Assembly (NCBI GenBank): GCA_020348445.1
Contig: CP070751.1
Span: forward strand, 3,875,765 to 3,939,764
DNA length: 64,000 nucleotides
From: Thermoplasmata archaeon
GTDB taxonomy: Archaea; Thermoplasmatota; Thermoplasmata; GCA-020350865
Reading direction: 5' to 3'
The notes below the pieces were generated by a model. The model worked only from the letters and a program-made list of their open reading frames with translations. It ran no database searches and was not told the origin of the DNA. Position numbers and translations under genes: made by a program. Shown piece after piece: positions 1 to 8,273 of the stretch. Numbering within the stretch: the first letter of the stretch is position 1; the number at the start of each line of letters is the position of its first letter.

Positions 1-103
1 TTGGATTGATAACAGGCAAAAGCACAGGAGTTTCCACATCCCCATGTTTTGTATGAAGCAAGCCTATTCTTCCCAATCCATCCCTTGCCTTGAGCTCGAA
101 CAT
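1..103 (-). CDS. tgtA: Archaeosine tRNA-ribosyltransferase (arcTGT), N-terminal fragment running off the window start
   Basis: Not in ORF track. Manual translation from ATG at 103 gives [34 protein letters not shown], the typical archaeal TGT N-terminus (FE.KARDG.GRIG...ETP...PV.NP). Confidence 0.85.
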   Translation of the reverse strand, partial: MFELKARDGLGRIGLLHTKHGDVETPVLLPVINP

Positions 104-273
104 GCTTTGAGAATGGAAGTGGAGGATATTATATTTGTTGTGAAGGAACTTAACTTGCTATGTACTGTTTTAAGAAATATATTTCATCATGGGGGGGCCC
201 CTGAGAAAAGAATAATTACATATTATCACTTTGTAATCGATAAGGACAGCGTAAAATATAACATCAGTTCATA

Positions 274-2214
274 TCATTTCTTTATAGCAAAAAAATATAC
301 CAATAGAAACACTACAACTATTATCACAATCACAATGAGGATGATAATCGGTGTTTCAATTCCAGATTCTTCACCCTTATCACCGCTTTCACTTGACGCA
401 CTTGAGGTTGTGAATGTGAATGTATAATCAGAGGCGATGTTGTTTCCGGCTGCATCCCTAGCATTTGTGGATATCTTTACAGTGTAGGTGGTTTCTGGTT
501 GCAGATTAACTGAAAGTGTAACCCGGGTTCCACCATCTCCCCATGTTCGTTTTGTAATTGAACCAGGTGATATGGATATCGCAGTCTGTGTTAGGGTCAG
601 GTCCATGGATTCGCTGAAGGTGATTGTGATTTCTGAATCCAGTGCCACGCTATTTGCATTGCTAGCAGGATTTGTACTGGAAACAGTAGGAGGAGTTGTA
701 TCCACCGTAGATCCTGTAGTAAAAGAGAACTCATAAGATAATTCAAGGTTCAAATCATCTGTACTTACCGCTGTCGTATCTAATGTGATTGTATACTCAG
801 TTTCAATATCCAGGTTCTCTGAGGGGGTGAGCGTAACTGAGGTATCACCTGGACTCCAAGTGGCACCCCATACAAAATCTGGTGATATTGAAATTGCGCC
901 CTCGGTTGCGGTCCTATTCATGGCCTCACTGAAAGTAATGGAAATTCCGGTATTTAGTGCAACATTTGTTGCATCGTCAGCAGGAGATGTTGTACTGATG
1001 ACAGGAGGTATAGGCTCGCCGCCCAGGTTTTTCCAGACTTCAAGGCCGCCTCCATTGTACCTGCCAAAAAGAAGATCTATTGCACCATCACCATTTAGAT
1101 CGCCCACATCATTACCTATATATTGGTTTCCTGTTGGTAAGTTCTCAGAATTTTCGGTCCATGCTCCTATCCCATCCCCATAGAAAATGTGGATGCCATA
1201 TGTTGATCCATAGCTTCCTCCTGTAGCAATATCGGTGTTCCCGTCGTCATTGAAATCTCCTGTTGAGACTTCTATATAATCTCCCGATGTGGGAAGTCCT
1301 GATGATATGCTTGTCCAAGATGCAGCATTGTTCTCATTCTTATACACACGCACACCCACTCCTGAGCCTACATCATATGCCGACAGAACAATATCCAATG
1401 AATCATCATTGTCAACATCCGCGGCTGCAACTCCTGAGAATCTATTTGAGGGCAATCCCGAGGAGGAGTCTGTCCAGGACATAGAGCCTCCACTTCCCCC
1501 ATCACCAAGATAAACTGATACACCTGCACCGCCACCGGCTGCAACATCCAAATTACTGTCGCCATTAAAATCTGCCAACACTGCATTGCTGTCCCGGCTC
1601 TGACTCGTGGGAAGGCCGTTGGAGTTGTCTGTGAATGTCCCTGTACCGTCCCCCGTATACACATGTATTCCATCTGAAGAACCGTATCCGCTTGTTGCGG
1701 CCAAATCGAGGTTGCCATCTTTGTTGACATCGCCTACATCCACACCTCTCCATTTACCTGATGTAGGGAGTCCCGAAGAGGCAGTAACCTCTGTGAATCC
1801 TCCGGCCCCATCACCCTTAAAAACATGAAGACCAGTTGGTGAGCCTGCGCTGTTGCCAGGGGATCCCGCAAATATGTCCAGGTTCCCGTCCTTATCATAA
1901 TCTCCCAAAGCCACGTCACCGTAACCACCGCTTGTGGCAGGATGTGATGCAACTGCTGTCCAGGATCCTGCTCCATTACCCAAAAACACACGAAGGCCAT
2001 TTCCATCCGAGGCCGCCACTATATCTAGATTATCGTCATTGTCCACATCACCAAAGGCAACACCAAAATACGTTCCAGAGGTGGGCAGGCCGGTTATTGC
2101 CTCGGCCCAAGATACAATATCCCCCTTTGCATTGGAATGAAGAAAAGTCCCAGAAACCATTGTAAAAATCATGATTATTATCATAAAAAGCACATAATGC
2201 GGTCTTTGTCTCAT
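274..2214 (-). CDS. Secreted, membrane-anchored FG-GAP/VCBS-repeat protein with two bacterial Ig-like (Big_5/SbsA-type) domains
   Basis: N-terminal hydrophobic signal; about seven GD(V/F)NxDGxxD repeats; two P..V.ST.PA..A.NV.L...I.ITFSE.M modules; C-terminal TM helix followed by KK. Confidence 0.85.
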   Translation of the reverse strand: MRQRPHYVLFMIIIMIFTMVSGTFLHSNAKGDIVSWAEAITGLPTSGTYFGVAFGDVDNDDNLDIVAASDGNGLRVFLGNGAGSWTAVASHPATSGGYGDVALGDYDKDGNLDIFAGSPGNSAGSPTGLHVFKGDGAGGFTEVTASSGLPTSGKWRGVDVGDVNKDGNLDLAATSGYGSSDGIHVYTGDGTGTFTDNSNGLPTSQSRDSNAVLADFNGDSNLDVAAGGGAGVSVYLGDGGSGGSMSWTDSSSGLPSNRFSGVAAADVDNDDSLDIVLSAYDVGSGVGVRVYKNENNAASWTSISSGLPTSGDYIEVSTGDFNDDGNTDIATGGSYGSTYGIHIFYGDGIGAWTENSENLPTGNQYIGNDVGDLNGDGAIDLLFGRYNGGGLEVWKNLGGEPIPPVISTTSPADDATNVALNTGISITFSEAMNRTATEGAISISPDFVWGATWSPGDTSVTLTPSENLDIETEYTITLDTTAVSTDDLNLELSYEFSFTTGSTVDTTPPTVSSTNPASNANSVALDSEITITFSESMDLTLTQTAISISPGSITKRTWGDGGTRVTLSVNLQPETTYTVKISTNARDAAGNNIASDYTFTFTTSSASSESGDKGEESGIETPIIILIVIVIIVVVFLLVYFFAIKK

Positions 2215-2388
2215 TTATATGACCCCCGTCTATTTCAAATAGCAATGATATTTTTAGAAATCCACCAGGATATAGATATGATTTTTCATAAGAATGTATT
2301 ATTTGATAATAATGTATAGAAACTCTAAACAACAAAACTGTTTTTTCTGAGTTCGAAATAACCTTTGAAATGGACAGGAATCCGCGAT

Positions 2389-3108
2389 TTAGAGCCGAAA
2401 AGTACGATCTTTTTCAGGAAGCATCATATCGATTTTCATTTGAAGTAAATCCTGATAATCCTCAGATGATATGTAGAAGTTAGGGAGGGCATCCGGATCT
2501 CTATGATAGTGCATAGGGATGCATTTACATCCAGTTCCTAGCTCTAAAAATTCTTTTTTCTTAGCTTCTTCACCCAATACTGCCCACATGGGAAACAAAA
2601 CCACATTTGGTTTTTCCATAATCATTTCTTTTGTTGCCACTGAGTCTCCCATAAAAAGTAATTTCTTGTCGCCATAATTGAATAAAAAGGATACTCCTTC
2701 AGAGGCTGCCAAACATTTGACACTTATCCTTTCTATTTCAAATACCTCATCATTTTTTATAGGAATTACCGATTCTTTGAGAGCCTCTAGCTCCGTTTGA
2801 TTTTGGGCCTCAAATGTCATTCTATGAGCCAATGAATTTGCAACAGAATATGGGCAATATACATCAGTTGTGGGGGATAGAAGTGCCATTATGGTCTCAA
2901 CATTAAAATGGTCCCAATGATCGTGGGAGATGAAAATTGCTTTAGTATTTTTCTCATTAAAAGGATCCAATGTTGTGCCCAACATTTTGTTTTTTCTAAC
3001 AGGGTCAAGAAAGAAAGATAAGTCTTTGATGTTGATTCTGAAACATGAGTGCCCAAACCACTCCAAAACCAGTTCATTTTTATTTTTTTCCTGATTCAAT
3101 ATTTTCAC
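2389..3108 (-). CDS. MBL-fold metallo-hydrolase
   Basis: WFGHSCF, ISHDHWDH (HxHxDH), GDS and PMHY motifs. Confidence 0.8.
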   Translation of the reverse strand: MKILNQEKNKNELVLEWFGHSCFRINIKDLSFFLDPVRKNKMLGTTLDPFNEKNTKAIFISHDHWDHFNVETIMALLSPTTDVYCPYSVANSLAHRMTFEAQNQTELEALKESVIPIKNDEVFEIERISVKCLAASEGVSFLFNYGDKKLLFMGDSVATKEMIMEKPNVVLFPMWAVLGEEAKKKEFLELGTGCKCIPMHYHRDPDALPNFYISSEDYQDLLQMKIDMMLPEKDRTFRL

Positions 3109-3261
3109 ACCCGAAGAAGAGGGATACTTTTTTCGTATTAAATCCTATCCCTTAGATATGGATTTGCATCTTTTTTTAATGTCCTCTTTATTGTTGGGCA
3201 CTATTATCAGAATGCTTGTTTTTTTAAGTAATTATTATATACCTGCGCCAGAATCTTCCTT

Positions 3262-3486
3262 TTGGCTGTTATTATGAAAGAAAAGGTTTGCTGGACCTTG
3301 TCAGGACGCAAGAAGGTTTTTCTCGTGGACGATAATAATCAGGTCATTAAGGAATTGCGTGATTTGGGGCCGCTTTCCAAAATGGAGATGAAGTGGGTAA
3401 AATCCAATTCCGGAATGCCATACGAGCAGTGGCTCAAAACTCAAAAGGAAATACCTGAGGAACAAGCTGAAGAAGAGGCTAATTAA
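3262..3486 (+). CDS. Small hypothetical protein (start probably ATG 3274)
   Basis: Fills the intergenic gap, protein-like composition with acidic tail, convergent with pepT. Confidence 0.55.
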   Translation: MAVIMKEKVCWTLSGRKKVFLVDDNNQVIKELRDLGPLSKMEMKWVKSNSGMPYEQWLKTQKEIPEEQAEEEAN

Positions 3487-3507
3487 ATATGGCTTGGAAT
3501 TGATATA

Positions 3508-4743
3508 TCATTTTTCTGCCACGAGCTTTGATATCTCTATAATCACTTCCACAGCTTTTTCCATGGATGGAATTGGTATAAATTCTTTTTTACCGTGAAA
3601 GTTCAACCCCCCAGCAAAGATGTTGGGTGTGGGAAGGCCCATAAAACACAATCTGGCCCCATCGGTCCCACCTCTGATGTTTTTTAGTTTTGGTTCGATA
3701 CCCGCCCTCTTTACGGCCTCAAGGGCTGTTTCTAAGACATGAGGATGTTTATCCAATACGACCTTCATATTCTTGTACGATTCCTTGATATTCACCTCGA
3801 TTTCTATATCAGGATATTTTTCAGCCGCCTTTTTCTTGATATCAGAAAGCATTTGCTTTTTTTCCACCATCCCTTGATCCTTGAAATCACGGATTAGAAT
3901 CTTAATTTTCGTCTTCTCCACCTCGCCAGAAAAACTATTTGGGTGAAGGTATCCCTCCCATCCCTCTGTTGTCTCCGGAGCCATATCCTTGGGCAATAGG
4001 GTTATAAAATATCCAGCGGCTCTTAAAGAGTTTTTCATTTTATTCTTTGCATAGCCTGGATGTACGTTATAGCCCTTTACGATCACAGTGGCAGTGGCTG
4101 CATTGAAGGTCTCGTTTTCAACCTCCCCGATCTCACCTCCATCTATTGTATAAGCAAAATCACAGGCGAACTTATCAACATCAAAGAATTCTGTTCCTTT
4201 GCCCACCTCCTCATCTGGAGTGAAAGCCACCCGGATTTTTCCATGTTTGATTGATGGATCATTTACCATTTTTTCCAACGCAGTCATGATCTCGGCCACG
4301 CCTGCCTTGTCATCGGCACCCAGAAGGGATTCCCCATTGGAAGTGATGATATCCTGTCCAATGTAATCCTTTAGTTCAGGGTTCTCATTTGGAGATATTA
4401 TCACATTCCCCCCAGGAAGCTTTATTTCCTGGCCATCATAATCCTTCCATATCTTTGGATCTGTTGCACCAGAAACGTCTGGAGATGTATCCATGTGAGC
4501 CATGAAACCCACGGTGGGTTTATCCTCGTATCCAGGACTGGCAGAAAGAGTTGCCATGACATAGCAATGCTCATCTACTTGTACATCCTCAAGGCCAATT
4601 GCTTTTAATTCATCTGCCAATAACCTTGCAAGGTCGAGCTGCTTCTTTGTGGATGGAACATCATCCTTCTCGTACTGAGATTGTGTATCGATTTTAACGT
4701 ATCTCAGAAACCTATCAACTACCGATTTTGCCATTGATATCAC
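3508..4743 (-). CDS. pepT: Peptidase T (M20B tripeptide aminopeptidase)
   Basis: RFLRYVKIDTQS, AHMDTSPD, LGADDKAG, FTPDEEVG, IRGGTDGA, GLPTPNIF and FHG motifs. Confidence 0.95.
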   Translation of the reverse strand: MISMAKSVVDRFLRYVKIDTQSQYEKDDVPSTKKQLDLARLLADELKAIGLEDVQVDEHCYVMATLSASPGYEDKPTVGFMAHMDTSPDVSGATDPKIWKDYDGQEIKLPGGNVIISPNENPELKDYIGQDIITSNGESLLGADDKAGVAEIMTALEKMVNDPSIKHGKIRVAFTPDEEVGKGTEFFDVDKFACDFAYTIDGGEIGEVENETFNAATATVIVKGYNVHPGYAKNKMKNSLRAAGYFITLLPKDMAPETTEGWEGYLHPNSFSGEVEKTKIKILIRDFKDQGMVEKKQMLSDIKKKAAEKYPDIEIEVNIKESYKNMKVVLDKHPHVLETALEAVKRAGIEPKLKNIRGGTDGARLCFMGLPTPNIFAGGLNFHGKKEFIPIPSMEKAVEVIIEISKLVAEK

Positions 4744-4871
4744 CGTTCATTTTGTGCTGTGGGTAAAACATGGTTTTGTCTTTTATAATTTACCTTGTCA
4801 TTTTGTAAAAAAAAATAAAAGGGAAACTCCCCTCCCTTAATATTGAATTTTCCTACGAGCAGACATTCTCT

Positions 4872-4928
4872 TCCACAGACGATATCCATGGATAATAGTC
4901 TGGGGCCTGAAATCATAGGCCCCGTGGA
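4872..4928. other. Fully paired three-way-junction element containing a perfect 12-bp palindrome
   Basis: TCCAC(4872-76)/GTGGA(4924-28) closes AGAC/GTCT (with TATCCATGGATA at 4883-94) and GGGGCCT/AGGCCCC. Confidence 0.45.
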
Positions 4929-4977
4929 CGTTTTATGTTTGCTTTTAAGAAAATGGCCCAATTAGATTGTATATTGT

Positions 4978-5193
4978 TTATTTCCTGGCCATCTTCGCTT
5001 CAGCTACATATCCAGCTTTGTCCAGGTAGTACATGTAGCCTTTCTTCTTCTTGACTTTCTCGGTTCCGACTTTCTTCTTTCTGCCGCGCTTATTTGATTT
5101 CATTGGTGCGCGCCAAACATACCCATCTTTACCTATGTAATATAAGTAACCGGGTTCACGCTTGACTTTTTCTTTACCTATTCGCTTTCCCAT
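4978..5193 (-). CDS. Small basic protein made of two internal repeats, Cc1-like chromatin/DNA-binding protein
   Basis: 71 aa, very Lys/Arg-rich; repeats KVKREPGYLYYIGKDGYVWRAPM and KVKKKKGYMYYLDKAGYVAEAKM; upstream GGAGG RBS. The Cc1 resemblance is recalled, not searched. Confidence 0.6.
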   Translation of the reverse strand: MGKRIGKEKVKREPGYLYYIGKDGYVWRAPMKSNKRGRKKKVGTEKVKKKKGYMYYLDKAGYVAEAKMARK

Positions 5194-5384
5194 TGGAAAA
5201 CCTCCTTAATATACACCCCATAACGCGTTCGGGGTATATTAACTTTTTACCGACGGTGAAATAGAGGGAAACCATAAGAAAAGCCGCGATTCACCCACTT
5301 AGAGCCACTTTTTACCTTAATTCATCGGTAGAAAATCAATTCTTCGAACCGTAAGTTTTTTCCCGTAAGAAATGGATATATGAA

Positions 5385-5552
5385 ATGATGTATACCTGCT
5401 ATGACTGCGACCATTTCGGCACAGACTGCGAGGGAATAATTCCACCTGATAAATACAGAAATAATGTTGAGAGTTATTGTAAAAAATTCGTTATCGTCAG
5501 TTGGAGAAGGGATATGTTCAAAGACGGAGGAACCGGAAGATTAAGTAAGTAA
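5385..5552 (+). CDS. 55-aa Cys-containing microprotein (possible metal-binding)
   Basis: Not in ORF track. MMYTCYDCDHFGTDCEGIIPPDKYRNNVESYCKKFVIVSWRRDMFKDGGTGRLSK; CxxC plus two more Cys; fills the gap exactly. Confidence 0.55.
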   Translation: MMYTCYDCDHFGTDCEGIIPPDKYRNNVESYCKKFVIVSWRRDMFKDGGTGRLSK

Positions 5553-5563
5553 ACATCGACAAT

Positions 5564-6181
5564 TCAATAAAGTATATCCTCGATAGGCAGGTGTTTTTTG
5601 ATATAGCCTTGGAACCTGTGAAGGTTCTCCTGGTCGATCTTACCAATGATTTTTATGGTGATAGGAGGTTTTTTTCGAAGATGTACCTTTTTTATCTCGA
5701 TTTTAGCACTACAGTTTCCTTTATGTTCAGCCGAAATCTTCACCAATCCAAATAATGCGCCTTCGAATTCCTCATCATTTAGAAGATTCATTATATCCTT
5801 GAAAGCTCTTTTTTCTGAGTCTAAATCGTAAATCACTTCGCGATCAGCAGAGATTCTTGTAATTCTTTTGAATTTGGCGTGATGAAGAGCCCTCAGTAGC
5901 GTTTCTGCAACGATAACCGGATTGAAATCCTCCTCTATTTTACCCCCTGAGAGCTTTGTAAAGATACTACCTTTCACAGTTTTTTTCTTGACCTTCATAT
6001 CAATGTTCAAAACAATATTTTCTAATTTCTTAGGTTTCTGTCTTCTGCCCTTATCCTTCCTTTTCCCCTTGCCAGCCACCGATACCTGCCATTCATAAGA
6101 AGCGCGAGGATCTCCCATTACCCAAGGCACCTCTGGTAGGGATTTATTACGTGAAGACAGAGCAGAGCGACATATCATCAA
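5564..6181 (-). CDS. Hypothetical basic protein (start uncertain)
   Basis: 205-aa ORF filling the gap; no recognised motif. Confidence 0.6.
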   Translation of the reverse strand: MMICRSALSSRNKSLPEVPWVMGDPRASYEWQVSVAGKGKRKDKGRRQKPKKLENIVLNIDMKVKKKTVKGSIFTKLSGGKIEEDFNPVIVAETLLRALHHAKFKRITRISADREVIYDLDSEKRAFKDIMNLLNDEEFEGALFGLVKISAEHKGNCSAKIEIKKVHLRKKPPITIKIIGKIDQENLHRFQGYIKKHLPIEDILY

Positions 6182-6341
6182 ACAAAAGAGGGAATTGGAT
6201 TATTTAATCTTTCTTGATAAAATGATAAAACGAGATGAATGCATGATAATATCTGAAAACGACGAGAACCATCAAATATACGATGAGATGCGGCTACATA
6301 TTCTCAGCAAATGACGATAATTTTTATATATCCATAATTGT

Positions 6342-8087
6342 ATGCCCCGCAATACAGGGGAGGTAATAATGAAATCAGACCTTGAAATAGCACAAGAAGC
6401 TAAGCTAAAACCAATTGTAGAAATCGCAAAATCCATAGGACTTGAAGAGGACGATATTGAATTCTACGGCAAGTACAAGGCGAAAATCAAACTGGAAGTT
6501 ATGGAAAAGTTTAAGGACAGACCAGACGGCAAACTCATTGATGTGACAGCGATTACACCAACGCCCCTCGGAGAAGGGAAGACCGTCACACTGATTGGCG
6601 TCTCAATGGCTCTTGCGAAACTAGGCAAGAAGGTAATAACGACCATCCGAGAACCTTCAATGGGTCCCACATTTGGCATAAAAGGAGGGGCAGCAGGTGG
6701 AGGATACTCTCAGGTCGTACCGATGGAGGACATAAACCTCCACTTCACTGGAGACATCCACGCTGTTGGAGCAGCGAACAACCTTCTTGCATCAATGATA
6801 GATAATCAGATGTTCCACCCGACTTTCAAAAGGAAGAATCCGCTGAATATCGATGCGTCCACAATTTCATGGAACAGGGTGGTAGACCTGAATGATTCGG
6901 CTCTGACCAATATCAACGTTGGCAAGGTATCCAAACACCAACCTGAAGGTTATCCCAGAGATTCAGGCTACGACATAACAGTGGCATCCGAAATCATGGC
7001 CATCCTTGCGCTGGCATCGGATTTGAAGGACCTCAGAAAGCGCCTTGGAAGAATCGTCGTAGCACAGACAAAGGATGGAAAACCTGTAACAGCTGAGGAC
7101 TTGAAAGCCGCTGGTGCAATGACCGTAATCCTGAAAGATGCCCTGAAACCCAATCTCATCCAAACGTTGGAAAACACACCAGCAATAATGCACTGCGGCC
7201 CTTTTGCAAACATCGCTCAGGGGAACAACTCAATCATAGCTGACAAGATGGCCCTAAAGCTCGCTGATTACGTTGTGACAGAGAGCGGTTTTGGAGCTGA
7301 CTGCGGTGCAGAGAAGTTCTTGAATATCAAATGTCGAGTTGCTGGCTACGAGCCCAACTGCGTGATTTTGGTCGCAACCATCAGAGCCCTGAAGCTGCAC
7401 GGTGGTGCCTTTGAGTTCCCACCAGGTAAAACCCCACCCAAGGAGGTTCTTCAGGCGGAGAATGTAGAAGCTGTAGAAAAGGGATGCGAGAACTTGGCAA
7501 AGCACATAGAAAATATGAAGAAATTCGGTGTTCCGGTTGTGGTGGCAATTAACAAGTTTGCCTCGGATACAGACGCTGAGGTAGAAGCGGTAAGAAAGAA
7601 AGCCTTGGAGGCGGGTGCAGATTCTGCGGTACCTGGCGATTTCCATGCACGAGGCGGTGATGGCGCAATTGAGATCGCAAAGGCCGTAGTTGAGGCATGT
7701 GAAAAGCCCAGCGAGTTCAAGCTGCTCTATCCGGATGACATGCCCATTGCAGAAAAGATAGAGACCATCGCAAAGGAAATTTACGGCGCCGATGGCGTGG
7801 AGTTCTCAGAAGAAGCGAAGAAAAAGATAAAGATGTTCACAGAATTCGGGTATGACAAGCTGCCCCTCTGTATGGCAAAAACACATCTTTCCATTTCGCA
7901 CGACCCCGCTCTGAAAGGACGGCCCACAGGATTCACACTGCCCATCAGAGATATAAGACCCTCCATTGGGGCTGGTTTCCTCTATCCTCTCTGCGGTGCG
8001 ATGAGAACCATGCCAGGGTTACCATCAGTACCTGCAGCTGAGGCGGTGGACATCGACGAAACAGGTAAGACAGTTGGATTGTTCTAA
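6342..8087 (+). CDS. fhs: Formate--tetrahydrofolate ligase (likely start ATG 6369)
   Basis: KSDLEIAQ, TAITPTPLGEGKT, REPSMGP.FGIKGGAAGGGYSQV, INLHFTGD.HA, GPFANIA, VTESGFGAD and MPGLP motifs. Confidence 0.97.
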   Translation: MPRNTGEVIMKSDLEIAQEAKLKPIVEIAKSIGLEEDDIEFYGKYKAKIKLEVMEKFKDRPDGKLIDVTAITPTPLGEGKTVTLIGVSMALAKLGKKVITTIREPSMGPTFGIKGGAAGGGYSQVVPMEDINLHFTGDIHAVGAANNLLASMIDNQMFHPTFKRKNPLNIDASTISWNRVVDLNDSALTNINVGKVSKHQPEGYPRDSGYDITVASEIMAILALASDLKDLRKRLGRIVVAQTKDGKPVTAEDLKAAGAMTVILKDALKPNLIQTLENTPAIMHCGPFANIAQGNNSIIADKMALKLADYVVTESGFGADCGAEKFLNIKCRVAGYEPNCVILVATIRALKLHGGAFEFPPGKTPPKEVLQAENVEAVEKGCENLAKHIENMKKFGVPVVVAINKFASDTDAEVEAVRKKALEAGADSAVPGDFHARGGDGAIEIAKAVVEACEKPSEFKLLYPDDMPIAEKIETIAKEIYGADGVEFSEEAKKKIKMFTEFGYDKLPLCMAKTHLSISHDPALKGRPTGFTLPIRDIRPSIGAGFLYPLCGAMRTMPGLPSVPAAEAVDIDETGKTVGLF

Positions 8088-8107
8088 GGGATATTTCAAA
8101 GGAATCT

Positions 8108-8172
8108 ATGGGTCCCCGCAATTCATAACTTGTGTCTTATGGGGGCCATTTCTTTTCTTTATTTTTATTTTT
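8108..8172 (+). terminator. Hairpin plus T-tract downstream of fhs
   Basis: ATGGGTCCCC/GGGGGCCAT outer stem, CATAA/TTATG inner stem, followed by TTCTTTTCTTTATTTTTATTTTTT. Confidence 0.4.
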
Positions 8173-8273
8173 TAACTGAAAAACCAAAAAAATACAGTGA
8201 TTTATAGAAATTTTTAAGCCTTCCTTACACAATAGGGTAAGTAAGAGAATATTTCCTATCTGGGAGGAGAACT

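Noticed and set aside
5240-5340. Weak long-range inverted repeat upstream of the Cc1-like gene
   Set aside because: Imperfect and AT-rich; not distinguishable from chance.
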